Source: a virus. From it: DNA of 64,000 bases. Within the stretch, counting starts at the first letter, position 1, and every line of letters starts with the position of its first letter. Below, one piece after another: positions 10,291-18,782 of this stretch. Below the pieces are notes generated by a model, which ran no database searches, was not told the DNA's origin, and saw nothing but the letters and a program-made list of their open reading frames with translations. The stretch spans positions 1-64,000 of the IMG/VR virus record IMGVR_UViG_3300042897_000994, one strand, 5' to 3'. A program made the translations under genes and the position numbers.

Positions 10291-11889
10291 ATGGCATTTG
10301 ATCCAGAAAGTTTAGGCGCTGCATTTGGCAGAAATCGTGGCTTCAGAGATGCAGCTGTAAAGCAGTTTGTTGACTCTGGTGCTCAAAATAATGTAGGCTT
10401 CGGTTATCAGATTGGAGAAGTTCCTCTGAATAAAATAGAAGATCCTACATACTTAGGTTTTTCTTTTGTTTTTGACAAAATGTCTCCACTTTTTAATTTA
10501 AGCGATGGAGCTACAGACAACACAGCATATAGTTATCTTTTACACACATATCCAGAAGGTAATCAGTTAAGAGCTAAATACATGAGAGCTTTTGTAGAAT
10601 CTTTTTTAGCTATTAATGATAGATTCCCTTATTATTTTCAATCGATAGAAGGATTAGATACGATATGGAAAAAAACAACTATGTTCACCGATCCGTATTT
10701 CGGGGGAGATGATTCAAAAATATCAGTAGATTGTCTAGAGGCTTTAGATCTTAAAATTACCGGGATCATGGACCTTTATAGAAAAGCTGTATATGATCCG
10801 ATAAATAGAAGAGTTATTCTTCCTGAAAATTTAAGAGAATTTGATGTAGTAGTTTATGTAAAAGAAATTAGAAAATTTAGAACTTCCGCAAAAAGACTTT
10901 CAGACCTTTTAGTAACTACGAATCCTCTAGCTAACACTTTTAATAATGTAGATTTAGATCAAATTCCACCTACTGAATTTAACTCAACCGCTCAGTTTGT
11001 AAATGAAAATTCTTCATTCGTTTCTTTTACTCTCAAGTTTTGTGAATTTGTACCAGAAGATTCATCTGCATTTTTAGACAACGTTTCAAACGTCGGTGGA
11101 GAATCTGCAAAGCAGAAAATATCTTGGATTTGGAAAGATGTAGAAGAAAACAACAGATATTCAAGTCTAGTTTATTTTGCAAGTAGTTTAGCAGCAAACG
11201 GGTTAGGTGCAAATTCTGGAGGTAACGGAAGTAGATGGGCAAACGCTGCAAGAGAATTTGCTAAATCAGTAATTTATCAAGGAATTGGAGCTGCTACTCA
11301 AAAACTTGCAAATGTTATTAATCAGGGTCAGCTAGGAAACGTATTTGGATTTAGTCCAAATCAGCTACAGACTCTTCTCGTTTCTCAGAGCATCGATTCT
11401 GTAATCAGATCTGCTACAACACCAGAAGAAGATACAGATGAATTAGGAAGGCTTAAAGTTTTTTCAGAAACATTAGAAAGACCGGGTTTGGATGAATTTA
11501 ATTTGTTCGGAGAGCCCGGCGGAGAGCCTCCTCAATATACGGGAGAAAAAATCTTACCAGATGGAAATCTTCCTACGAATAAAGACGGAAATCAATCTTC
11601 GCCACTAAACGGAACTGGAAATCCTTTGGATTCTAATCCAAACCCAATAACTCCCCTGAAACCTGACAACAATTTCCCAACACCTCCGGGACCACAAGCG
11701 TTTACGGGTACTAATGTTTTAGAATCTAATCAAAATCCTACCACACCTTTAACTCCAGATAAAGTTTTAGATGCTGCTCAAACTCCTACAAATCGTGATG
11801 GATCAGAGCCACCAAAATTAAAAAGAGAACAGATACTTGGCGAGGGTGGAGCACCGGGACCGTTAGCACCTGATAATATTTTCGGATGA
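10291..11889 (+). CDS. Tail-tube-fold baseplate protein with a Pro/Asn-rich C-terminal tail
   Basis: YFQSIEGL...ISVDCLEALDLKI...F+C+F pattern resembles tube-fold proteins. Baseplate context. Confidence 0.45.
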   Translation: MAFDPESLGAAFGRNRGFRDAAVKQFVDSGAQNNVGFGYQIGEVPLNKIEDPTYLGFSFVFDKMSPLFNLSDGATDNTAYSYLLHTYPEGNQLRAKYMRAFVESFLAINDRFPYYFQSIEGLDTIWKKTTMFTDPYFGGDDSKISVDCLEALDLKITGIMDLYRKAVYDPINRRVILPENLREFDVVVYVKEIRKFRTSAKRLSDLLVTTNPLANTFNNVDLDQIPPTEFNSTAQFVNENSSFVSFTLKFCEFVPEDSSAFLDNVSNVGGESAKQKISWIWKDVEENNRYSSLVYFASSLAANGLGANSGGNGSRWANAAREFAKSVIYQGIGAATQKLANVINQGQLGNVFGFSPNQLQTLLVSQSIDSVIRSATTPEEDTDELGRLKVFSETLERPGLDEFNLFGEPGGEPPQYTGEKILPDGNLPTNKDGNQSSPLNGTGNPLDSNPNPITPLKPDNNFPTPPGPQAFTGTNVLESNQNPTTPLTPDKVLDAAQTPTNRDGSEPPKLKREQILGEGGAPGPLAPDNIFG

Positions 11890-12638
11890 GAAAAGAGATA
11901 GATCCAATAAATGATAATTTAGCAACCACTAAGTGGGTAGGAGTAGTCGTGAACAATGACGATCCTCTTCGTTTAGGAAGATGTCAGGTTAGAATATTCG
12001 GAAAGTTTGATATGAGAGAAGATCCTTTCTCAAATGATAGCCCCTTTATTATTCCAGATGAAAATCTTCCTTGGAGTTATCCAGCTACTTCTACTACTGC
12101 TTCATCCGAAACAGGAGGTGCTGGATTTTCTGTTCCAAAAATAAACTCTATAGTTTCCGTAACTTTTGATAATGGAAACCCATACTTTCCAGAATATAAT
12201 TTTAATCAACACTATTCAGATGAAGTTTTAACTGAAATCCAAAATAGTTATGCAAATGCTCATGTTCTTTGGTATGATGTTGTAACTGAAGGCGGTATGA
12301 AAGTTTTCTTTACCGAAGAAAAAGGCTTGGTGTTAGATTATAAAGAAACACAACTAAACGTCAAACCAGATAATTCAATTGTAATTCTAAACCCAAACGG
12401 TGATACTGTAACTCTTTCAAATGATGGTAATTTAACTATCAAAACTTCATCTAAAGTAAAGGTTGATTCTCCTTCTATAGAACTAGGTTCCAAAGCAGCA
12501 GAAGCGGTGATAAAAGGAAATACATTTCAGGCTTTGTTTAATGCGCATACTCATATCGGAAATCTAGGAGCGCCTACAGGTCCACCGATTATTCCACTAA
12601 ATGGATCTGAATTAAGTACAGTAACTAAAACCCAATAA
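11886..12638 (+). CDS. Baseplate central spike, gp5-like (OB-fold plus beta-helix, no lysozyme domain)
   Basis: WVGVVVNNDDPLRLGRCQVRIFG...LPW...VPKINSIVSVTF.NGNP.FP; C-terminal FNAHTH metal-binding apex motif. Confidence 0.85.
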   Translation: MRKEIDPINDNLATTKWVGVVVNNDDPLRLGRCQVRIFGKFDMREDPFSNDSPFIIPDENLPWSYPATSTTASSETGGAGFSVPKINSIVSVTFDNGNPYFPEYNFNQHYSDEVLTEIQNSYANAHVLWYDVVTEGGMKVFFTEEKGLVLDYKETQLNVKPDNSIVILNPNGDTVTLSNDGNLTIKTSSKVKVDSPSIELGSKAAEAVIKGNTFQALFNAHTHIGNLGAPTGPPIIPLNGSELSTVTKTQ

Positions 12639-12640
12639 TT

Positions 12641-12931
12641 ATGCCACTAATACCGAATACATTAGAAACAGTTTTGGCCGAAGCTTTTGATAAAGGAATG
12701 CTTGTATTTGCTGAAACAATTAAAAATTCTCCGCCCGGAACAGATGTGAGTGATGATGCCCGTAGATTGGCTGCCAAAACTTTTGCCACTATAGCTTCTA
12801 CTGCTATTGATGCATATATTAGATCAGCTACTATAATAGTTCCTCCAGGGCAAGTTGTAACTGCGGCTAGTCCCGCAGGCCCGGTTGCTGGATCAACTAC
12901 CTCTCCTTCAGCTCCCGCAATAATTTCTTAG
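12641..12931 (+). CDS. Small spike-associated protein
   Basis: 96 aa directly after gp5, with an AIDAYIRSAT motif. Confidence 0.5.
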   Translation: MPLIPNTLETVLAEAFDKGMLVFAETIKNSPPGTDVSDDARRLAAKTFATIASTAIDAYIRSATIIVPPGQVVTAASPAGPVAGSTTSPSAPAIIS

Positions 12932-12938
12932 ATTCAAA

Positions 12939-12947
12939 GATATATAA
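12939..12947 (+). promoter_or_regulatory. Putative late promoter GATATATAA (S1 gene)
   Basis: Motif match about 25 nt upstream of the ATG at 12973. Confidence 0.55.
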
Positions 12948-12972
12948 TCTGTACACTTTTAATTTAGACTAA

Positions 12973-14097
12973 ATGCCTATACAAAAAATTCAAATTCTTC
13001 GAGACGAAGAAAACCCATTTGACGTAATTGAAACAGAAGTAGAAGTACCAAAAGGAAGTAAAATCCTATCAAATGAACCTTATGTTCTAGATGTACTACA
13101 CTATTACTTTAAAAATTCTGAAGTATCTTTCAAACCTATCACCGACAATGAAATTATAGATTCAAAAATAATCTATATTTCGGAGTCTTCTATTATTGTA
13201 GACATTAACGGAAAAGACAATGCCTACATCGATCTCCTAAAGGAGAAAATGTCTTCAAATGAATTCCGAATTGGAGACACTGTCAAAATTAAAGTTAAAA
13301 AAGGCCATAAAGAAGGAAGCATCGAAGCGAGCATTGGTGCAGCTTCTACACAGGGAAAGATCGAGGACTTAGTAAATTCAATCGGTTCTAAAACTGTAGC
13401 TTACAAAGCACAAGTTAAAGAACTTATCAACGGTGGATATTATCTAATGATAGACGATATAAAAGTATTTATGCCTGGTTCACTTGCAGGTATGAACAAA
13501 CTTTCAGATTTTGAAAGAATGCTGGGAAAAGAAATTATTGTAATGCCTGTAAACTTCTCCAAAGAAAGAAATATTGTAGTAGTTTCTCACAGAGAATATT
13601 TAAAAACTTTGGTCCCTGTTGCAATTGATAGAGTTAGTGAAAATCCAAATGATCTCAGAGAAGGTACAGTTACCGGAACTTCGGGTTCTGGGATATTTGT
13701 AGAGTTTGAAGAATGTCTAACAGGATTGATCACCGTAACCGAAATGGAAAGGTGTAAAACCGATTTCGAGAATGGAAGTATTAAACCTGGGGATTCTATT
13801 CAATTTAGAATTAAGCAAATCATTAGTGAGACTAAGATTATTTTAACACAAAAGGAGAGGGAATATAGTCCATGGGATGACATCGAGGATAGATACTCAC
13901 CCGAAACCAGAATCACTGGAAATGTAGTAAAGAAAGCATCTTACGGTCTCTTTGTTGAAATTGAAAAAGGCATCAATGGTCTTCTTCACTCATCAAACAT
14001 AAAGGGTGATAATTTTGAAGAAGGAGATTCAATCGATGTAATTATTACCAAGATAGATCCTGTAAATAGAAAAATAACCCTTAGAAGAAAAAGGTAA
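12973..14097 (+). CDS. rpsA: Phage-encoded ribosomal protein S1-like protein (four S1 domains)
   Basis: Repeated S1 motifs: IIVDINGKDNAYI, NGGYYLMIDDIKVFMPGS...IVVVSHR, GTVTGTSGSGIFVEF..LTGLI, PWDDIEDRY...GNVVKKASYGLFVEIEKGINGLLHSSNI...IDPVNRKITL. Confidence 0.85.
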   Translation: MPIQKIQILRDEENPFDVIETEVEVPKGSKILSNEPYVLDVLHYYFKNSEVSFKPITDNEIIDSKIIYISESSIIVDINGKDNAYIDLLKEKMSSNEFRIGDTVKIKVKKGHKEGSIEASIGAASTQGKIEDLVNSIGSKTVAYKAQVKELINGGYYLMIDDIKVFMPGSLAGMNKLSDFERMLGKEIIVMPVNFSKERNIVVVSHREYLKTLVPVAIDRVSENPNDLREGTVTGTSGSGIFVEFEECLTGLITVTEMERCKTDFENGSIKPGDSIQFRIKQIISETKIILTQKEREYSPWDDIEDRYSPETRITGNVVKKASYGLFVEIEKGINGLLHSSNIKGDNFEEGDSIDVIITKIDPVNRKITLRRKR

Positions 14098-14116
14098 AGG
14101 CTTAATCTCAGGTAAG

Positions 14117-14145
14117 AAAAAACCTAGCTTCGGCTAGGTTTTTTT
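14117..14145 (+). terminator. Intrinsic terminator, probably bidirectional
   Basis: AAAAAACCTAGC-TTCG-GCTAGGTTTTTTT, with a C(UUCG)G tetraloop. Confidence 0.9.
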
Positions 14146-14151
14146 GTGTGA

Positions 14152-14165
14152 GATATATAAAAAAA
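14152..14165 (+). promoter_or_regulatory. Putative late promoter GATATATA plus A-run
   Basis: Immediately after the terminator and before the GTG start at 14176. Confidence 0.65.
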
Positions 14166-14175
14166 GTCTACTAAT

Positions 14176-15459
14176 GTGAATTTTACAAGAGAGGAAACCC
14201 TTTATAATACTATCATTTCTTACACTTCTGAATTTTATTCGGAATTAGGAATGGATGATGTTAAAGCATTAATTTCATCATCTTTAGGAAGAAAAGTCTA
14301 TCCTAAAGATTCTTTCCAGTTAACAGAAACTCTGATGCACGATTATCTCAGAATTTCTAAAAATTCAGCAGGAAAGTACTCAATGACCACCGGCTATTTG
14401 AGATATTCCGAAGGTCGTTTGTATCTTACAAAAATGTTGAATATGATTGATGAGAATTTCTCAACCGAAAAGGACTGTAGTCTAAATTTCAGTGTAATGT
14501 ATTCTGCTTATGATCAACCAGGTACTCCTGATATATCAAGATTAGATTCTCTTAAGTTTATTTTAGAATATGATGAAAACGTTCCATACACACATTTCCC
14601 AGAGAGAAAAAATGTACTTTATTCAAAGTCTATCAAAAATATTCTTCCTGGCAGCAAATTTTTCACAGAAAGCTCAGCAAACATTTCTTCTAGAAACTAC
14701 AGCTATCCTTTTCAGCCTTATTTTGCTGTAGATTTTTCTTCTCTAAAAAGAGGCAATCTAACTTTTAGATATATTGGTGGAGAAGATTATCAAAAGAAAG
14801 AAGGAATTAGAGAGATTATTGAATATTCTTCTTTAACTCTCTATAGTTGCATCAGAAATCCGTACATTAACGAAAAGAACAAAGCTGAATTAGATAAGAT
14901 TCTAAGTAAACATCAAGCAATTTCCGATTCTTATTCTTCAGCTACCGATTTTAAAAGGAGTTTTCCTGATATTACTCTGATGGTAAATCTGCAATCAGAT
15001 AAGAGAGTGATTGATACGATGTATCCTTACATCAGAGATAAAATATACAATCTTCTAATTGAATGCAATTTTCAAAGGGGCTACTTGAACTATGATTCAA
15101 ATAACGGAAAGCTTCAGATTAAAGATGCAGAGATCAATAATGCATATCTGATTGACAACATAGACATCTTTGATTCGAAAATAGAAGGTACCATTTCGAA
15201 TTGTGATATATTTCAATCTGAAATCAAAGAATCTGAAATTTTTAGATGTAACTTGTTTGATAGATCTAAAGCTATTAATTGCTACCTATACAATTCTTAT
15301 GTGAACGGAAATAGCATACTCAATGAATCTACAGTAGAAGGTGATCTTGGTATATTTTCGGGGAAGATGAAAGATGGAGTTTTTGTCTCTGGAAAAATAA
15401 CTCAAAGTGCTAATCTATCTGATACCACTAAAGTAATCTCATACCAAAAAATAAGCTAA
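14176..15459 (+). CDS. Amidoligase-like (COOH-NH2 ligase) protein, apparently degenerate, with a C-terminal beta-helix
   Basis: YFAVDFSSLKRGNLTFRYIGGEDYQKK resembles the amidoligase EFRYxGG region. The C-terminus has short I/C-x-x-S repeats. GTG start. Confidence 0.5.
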   Translation: MNFTREETLYNTIISYTSEFYSELGMDDVKALISSSLGRKVYPKDSFQLTETLMHDYLRISKNSAGKYSMTTGYLRYSEGRLYLTKMLNMIDENFSTEKDCSLNFSVMYSAYDQPGTPDISRLDSLKFILEYDENVPYTHFPERKNVLYSKSIKNILPGSKFFTESSANISSRNYSYPFQPYFAVDFSSLKRGNLTFRYIGGEDYQKKEGIREIIEYSSLTLYSCIRNPYINEKNKAELDKILSKHQAISDSYSSATDFKRSFPDITLMVNLQSDKRVIDTMYPYIRDKIYNLLIECNFQRGYLNYDSNNGKLQIKDAEINNAYLIDNIDIFDSKIEGTISNCDIFQSEIKESEIFRCNLFDRSKAINCYLYNSYVNGNSILNESTVEGDLGIFSGKMKDGVFVSGKITQSANLSDTTKVISYQKIS

Positions 15460-15462
15460 CAC

Positions 15463-16245
15463 ATGGCAAACATGACACCTGAACAAGTTAGATGTACTGA
15501 TGAATTAGTAAAAATGATTCAGCAAGAAGTTACAGTAGCTTGTCAAATTCCCATTACTATACCGAAGCAAGAAATTCTTCGAATTATTGATAGAGCCAAG
15601 AAATGGTTCTACAAAAATTATGAATACTCTGTACAAGAAAAATACTATGCAGTAGATGCTACAGCATTTTCAACTACTGCGTTTAAAAGAAGCGGAGAAA
15701 TTTTCATGCCGGAAAATGTATTTGCTGTAAATGCTGTATATCAGATAGGCGAATTTAGCGGAGAAGATGGAGGATTTGGAGGTTATAGTTTTAACGGTTT
15801 AGATCCTGATTTTGCTCTTGATAAATGGGTTTATGGAAATGTCTATGGCTCTGGTATTGGATCTGAAAATTTGATGTATTATGTAATTAATGCAATGTTC
15901 ATCGACTTAGCTAGATTTACTTTACAGCAGATGATGTCTTACAATTACAACTATCTGAATTATAAGTTTAGATTTATGGGACAGCTGCCAACTAATACAT
16001 GTATTTTTCTGGTATATGAAAAAATTGATGATTGCGCTCTATTTTCAGAAGAGATTTTTATCAGATATTGTGTAGCAGAAACCAAGTTGCAATTGGCCAG
16101 AATTACAGGTACTTTTAATTTCAACTTACCAGGAAATGTTACTATCAACTATTCCGAAATAAGAAGTGAGGCAACTGATGAAATTTCGTCAATTAAAGAA
16201 GAAATAAAAGGCGATGAAGGGGTAGATTACTTCTTTACAGACTAA
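15463..16245 (+). CDS. Neck / head-completion protein, gp13-like
   Basis: FIRYCVAETKLQLARITGTFNFNLPGNVTINYSEIRSEATDEI matches the gp13 C-terminal pattern. Confidence 0.75.
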   Translation: MANMTPEQVRCTDELVKMIQQEVTVACQIPITIPKQEILRIIDRAKKWFYKNYEYSVQEKYYAVDATAFSTTAFKRSGEIFMPENVFAVNAVYQIGEFSGEDGGFGGYSFNGLDPDFALDKWVYGNVYGSGIGSENLMYYVINAMFIDLARFTLQQMMSYNYNYLNYKFRFMGQLPTNTCIFLVYEKIDDCALFSEEIFIRYCVAETKLQLARITGTFNFNLPGNVTINYSEIRSEATDEISSIKEEIKGDEGVDYFFTD

Positions 16246-16262
16246 GAAAAATATAATATCAT

Positions 16263-16272
16263 AATATATAAA
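16263..16272 (+). promoter_or_regulatory. Putative late promoter AATATATAAA
   Basis: Just upstream of the ATG at 16275. Confidence 0.5.
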
Positions 16273-16274
16273 CC

Positions 16275-16631
16275 ATGCCAGATATCTATACTAGAACTGA
16301 TGACATGCTCAATTACCAACCGGATTTGTTGGAAGTAGATGATGATATTTCATTATTGATTTTACAGCTTGAAAACTTGTTGTTTACTGAGCCTCGTCGA
16401 GTTTTAGGATCTTCTAATTTTGGCATTGATCTAGAAGGATTGCTTTTTAATTTGATGTTGAATGAATCTTATATTCAAGGAAGAATAACCACTGCAATTG
16501 GAAACTTTTGCCCCTTAAGAGAGACTTATCAAATTGATGTAAGGGTAAATTTCTACTCTGGAGAAGTTTCTGACATAGGAGAAGTTTTGATAACTGTAGA
16601 TGGTAGAAAAGTATTTTCAGTTTTAGTATAA
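16275..16631 (+). CDS. Baseplate wedge protein, gp25-like
   Basis: LENLLFTEPRRVLGSSNFGIDLEGLLF matches the gp25 pattern. Lies directly before gp6. Confidence 0.75.
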   Translation: MPDIYTRTDDMLNYQPDLLEVDDDISLLILQLENLLFTEPRRVLGSSNFGIDLEGLLFNLMLNESYIQGRITTAIGNFCPLRETYQIDVRVNFYSGEVSDIGEVLITVDGRKVFSVLV

Positions 16632-16644
16632 AAAAAAGAGATAA

Positions 16645-18516
16645 ATGAACTTCTTAAATAAAAATAGAATTAAGGCTCTTCAGATTTATCAGGATGCTTT
16701 TAATTATCTTTCGGATATTTACAATCAATCCAGAAATGTGTTTACGCCTGCTTCTCCTTTCGGGCAGCTATTAACAGTGACTGCAAACTTAGGAGAAATG
16801 ATTTTCTTTTATATAGAAGCTGCTATCACTGAATTAAATATTGCTCGTGCAAAAAACGTTGAATCTGTTTATGGTCTAGCAAGACTTACCGGTCACAATG
16901 CAACTAGAGGTATTTCTGCAGAGGGGAAGTTAGGATTGAAATTGAAAACTGATGCAGCAGATAATATCACCGGAAACTACTTGTCAATAGTTAATAAAAC
17001 TCGTCTTTCATGTTCAGTTAATGGATTGGAGTATTTTTTCGAGTTTTACAAAGATGAGTTTATCATTGATAAAACTGATACAACTATACATTACGCAAAA
17101 ATATTTCAAGGAAAGACTGAATTTCAAATTTTTACAGGAAATGGTCAGCCTCTACAAAGCTACTCAGTATCTACCGGTGGAGCGGTAGACAATTACATGG
17201 TAAAAGTTACGGTAAACGGAAGACTTTACAAAGTTACGGAATCTCTCTATGACATGAATCAGAATGAGGAAATGTGTCTTGCAAAAACCGGAATAAGCGG
17301 AGGTCTTGATATTTATTTTGGAAATGGATATTTTGGAGCAATTCCACTAGAAGGAAGTTCTATTCAAATCGAATATGTAAGAACTGCAGGTTCGGCGGGC
17401 AACATTGGTGGTAGTGATGACATAACATTTCAATTCTTAGATGAAGGAAAGGATGAATTTGGAAACCCAGTTGATCTTACTGCTCTTTTAGACGTAATTA
17501 TAGTTTCTCCCCCTTCATTTGGTTCAAACACAGAAAATCCGGACTTTACTAGACTGATTGCACCAAAGGCGAGTAAATCTTTTGTTCTTGCTAATCCTGA
17601 TGCTTATGTGTATTTTCTAAAAAAGTACACATATTTTTCGTTCGTAGATGCCTTCAATACCAAAGACGATGAATATATCAATGACGATAATATTATCTAC
17701 TTAAGTTTGCTTCCGGATATCACAAGAAAACTAACTTCAGACGTTGATTATTTTACTTTACCCGAAGAAGAATTTACACTGACGGAAAGCGAAAAGTTGA
17801 TGGTTAATGATATTTTAGACAGAAGTGGTCAAATGTTGATCACGGCTGAGAATAGAATTATAGATATAGCTATCAAGAGATATGCAATTAGTATAGTGTT
17901 ACGTTATTTTGATGATGCAGATAAGAGTGAAATAAGATCTAATATCAGAAAAATCTTAAATGAATATTTCATAAACGTAAAACGCAGAGACAGAATACCA
18001 AGATCTGACGTAATTTCATTGATTGAAGAAGTTTCAGGCGTAGATTCTGTAAATGTATTCTTCATTTCAGAAGAAAATGAAAAAGCAGTTAGAGATGGAT
18101 ATTACATCGTACCTGTTTATGGATATGATCCTATCACACAACAGAGAACTCTTATAGAAAATAAGAAGGTTGTTTTGCAACCCGGAGAAGATCCAGGTCT
18201 CGGTTTAGATGAGTTTGGTGATATTATGATAGGAGATAGAGAACTTTCCATCATTAGAGGGGGTTGGTACGACAGAAATAATAATTATTTTGAAGTCTAT
18301 CCAGATTCTGATAAGATGTCATCTTTAAATGTTTTCTTTAAAGAATCTATCAAATCAGATCTTTACAACAAGATTCAGCAACAGAATATGAATCAAATCA
18401 GAAGAAAGGCTGTAATGAATAATACTACTGAAGTTGGATCTACTCTTCTTAATCAAACTACTCAAACCAAATTAGAAAATCCAATTTCTAATATCAAAAA
18501 CGGAATAACACGATGA
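16645..18516 (+). CDS. Baseplate wedge protein, gp6/baseplate-J-like
   Basis: ELNIARAKNVESVYGLARLTGHNATR, IYFGNGYFGAIP..GS.I.IEY..T.GSAGNI, and SDVISLIEEVSGVDSV. Confidence 0.85.
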   Translation: MNFLNKNRIKALQIYQDAFNYLSDIYNQSRNVFTPASPFGQLLTVTANLGEMIFFYIEAAITELNIARAKNVESVYGLARLTGHNATRGISAEGKLGLKLKTDAADNITGNYLSIVNKTRLSCSVNGLEYFFEFYKDEFIIDKTDTTIHYAKIFQGKTEFQIFTGNGQPLQSYSVSTGGAVDNYMVKVTVNGRLYKVTESLYDMNQNEEMCLAKTGISGGLDIYFGNGYFGAIPLEGSSIQIEYVRTAGSAGNIGGSDDITFQFLDEGKDEFGNPVDLTALLDVIIVSPPSFGSNTENPDFTRLIAPKASKSFVLANPDAYVYFLKKYTYFSFVDAFNTKDDEYINDDNIIYLSLLPDITRKLTSDVDYFTLPEEEFTLTESEKLMVNDILDRSGQMLITAENRIIDIAIKRYAISIVLRYFDDADKSEIRSNIRKILNEYFINVKRRDRIPRSDVISLIEEVSGVDSVNVFFISEENEKAVRDGYYIVPVYGYDPITQQRTLIENKKVVLQPGEDPGLGLDEFGDIMIGDRELSIIRGGWYDRNNNYFEVYPDSDKMSSLNVFFKESIKSDLYNKIQQQNMNQIRRKAVMNNTTEVGSTLLNQTTQTKLENPISNIKNGITR

Positions 18517-18782
18517 ACATTATAGATACTGAAGATCATAACAGAGGAATTAGTGTTTATGATGCTACATGGGAAAGTGGGAATCAGTTGAAAAACACGG
18601 GGTACGATTATAGCAAAACTTTATATTCAAAGAATGCTTCTACATATCTCTTTAGAAATCCTAGAGTAGCTAGATATATTTCTTATCTAAACGATATCAT
18701 TTTTGAATATGTCGAGACCGTTAAGAAGATAAGAGTTTATTACAACTACACGGTTAAAAAAGATTATAGAAAAATTAACTAA
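18513..18782 (+). CDS. Small baseplate-associated protein
   Basis: 89 aa, coupled to the genes on both sides. Confidence 0.55.
   Translation: MNIIDTEDHNRGISVYDATWESGNQLKNTGYDYSKTLYSKNASTYLFRNPRVARYISYLNDIIFEYVETVKKIRVYYNYTVKKDYRKIN

Noticed and set aside
12973-14097. S1 gene as host contamination or a prophage boundary
   Set aside because: It is flanked by phage genes, carries the phage late motif, has matching composition, and has no neighbouring host genes.
6246-18516. Contractile injection system (eCIS/T6SS) locus
   Set aside because: The baseplate genes are continuous with neck, fibre and a full T4-like replication module, so this is a phage tail.
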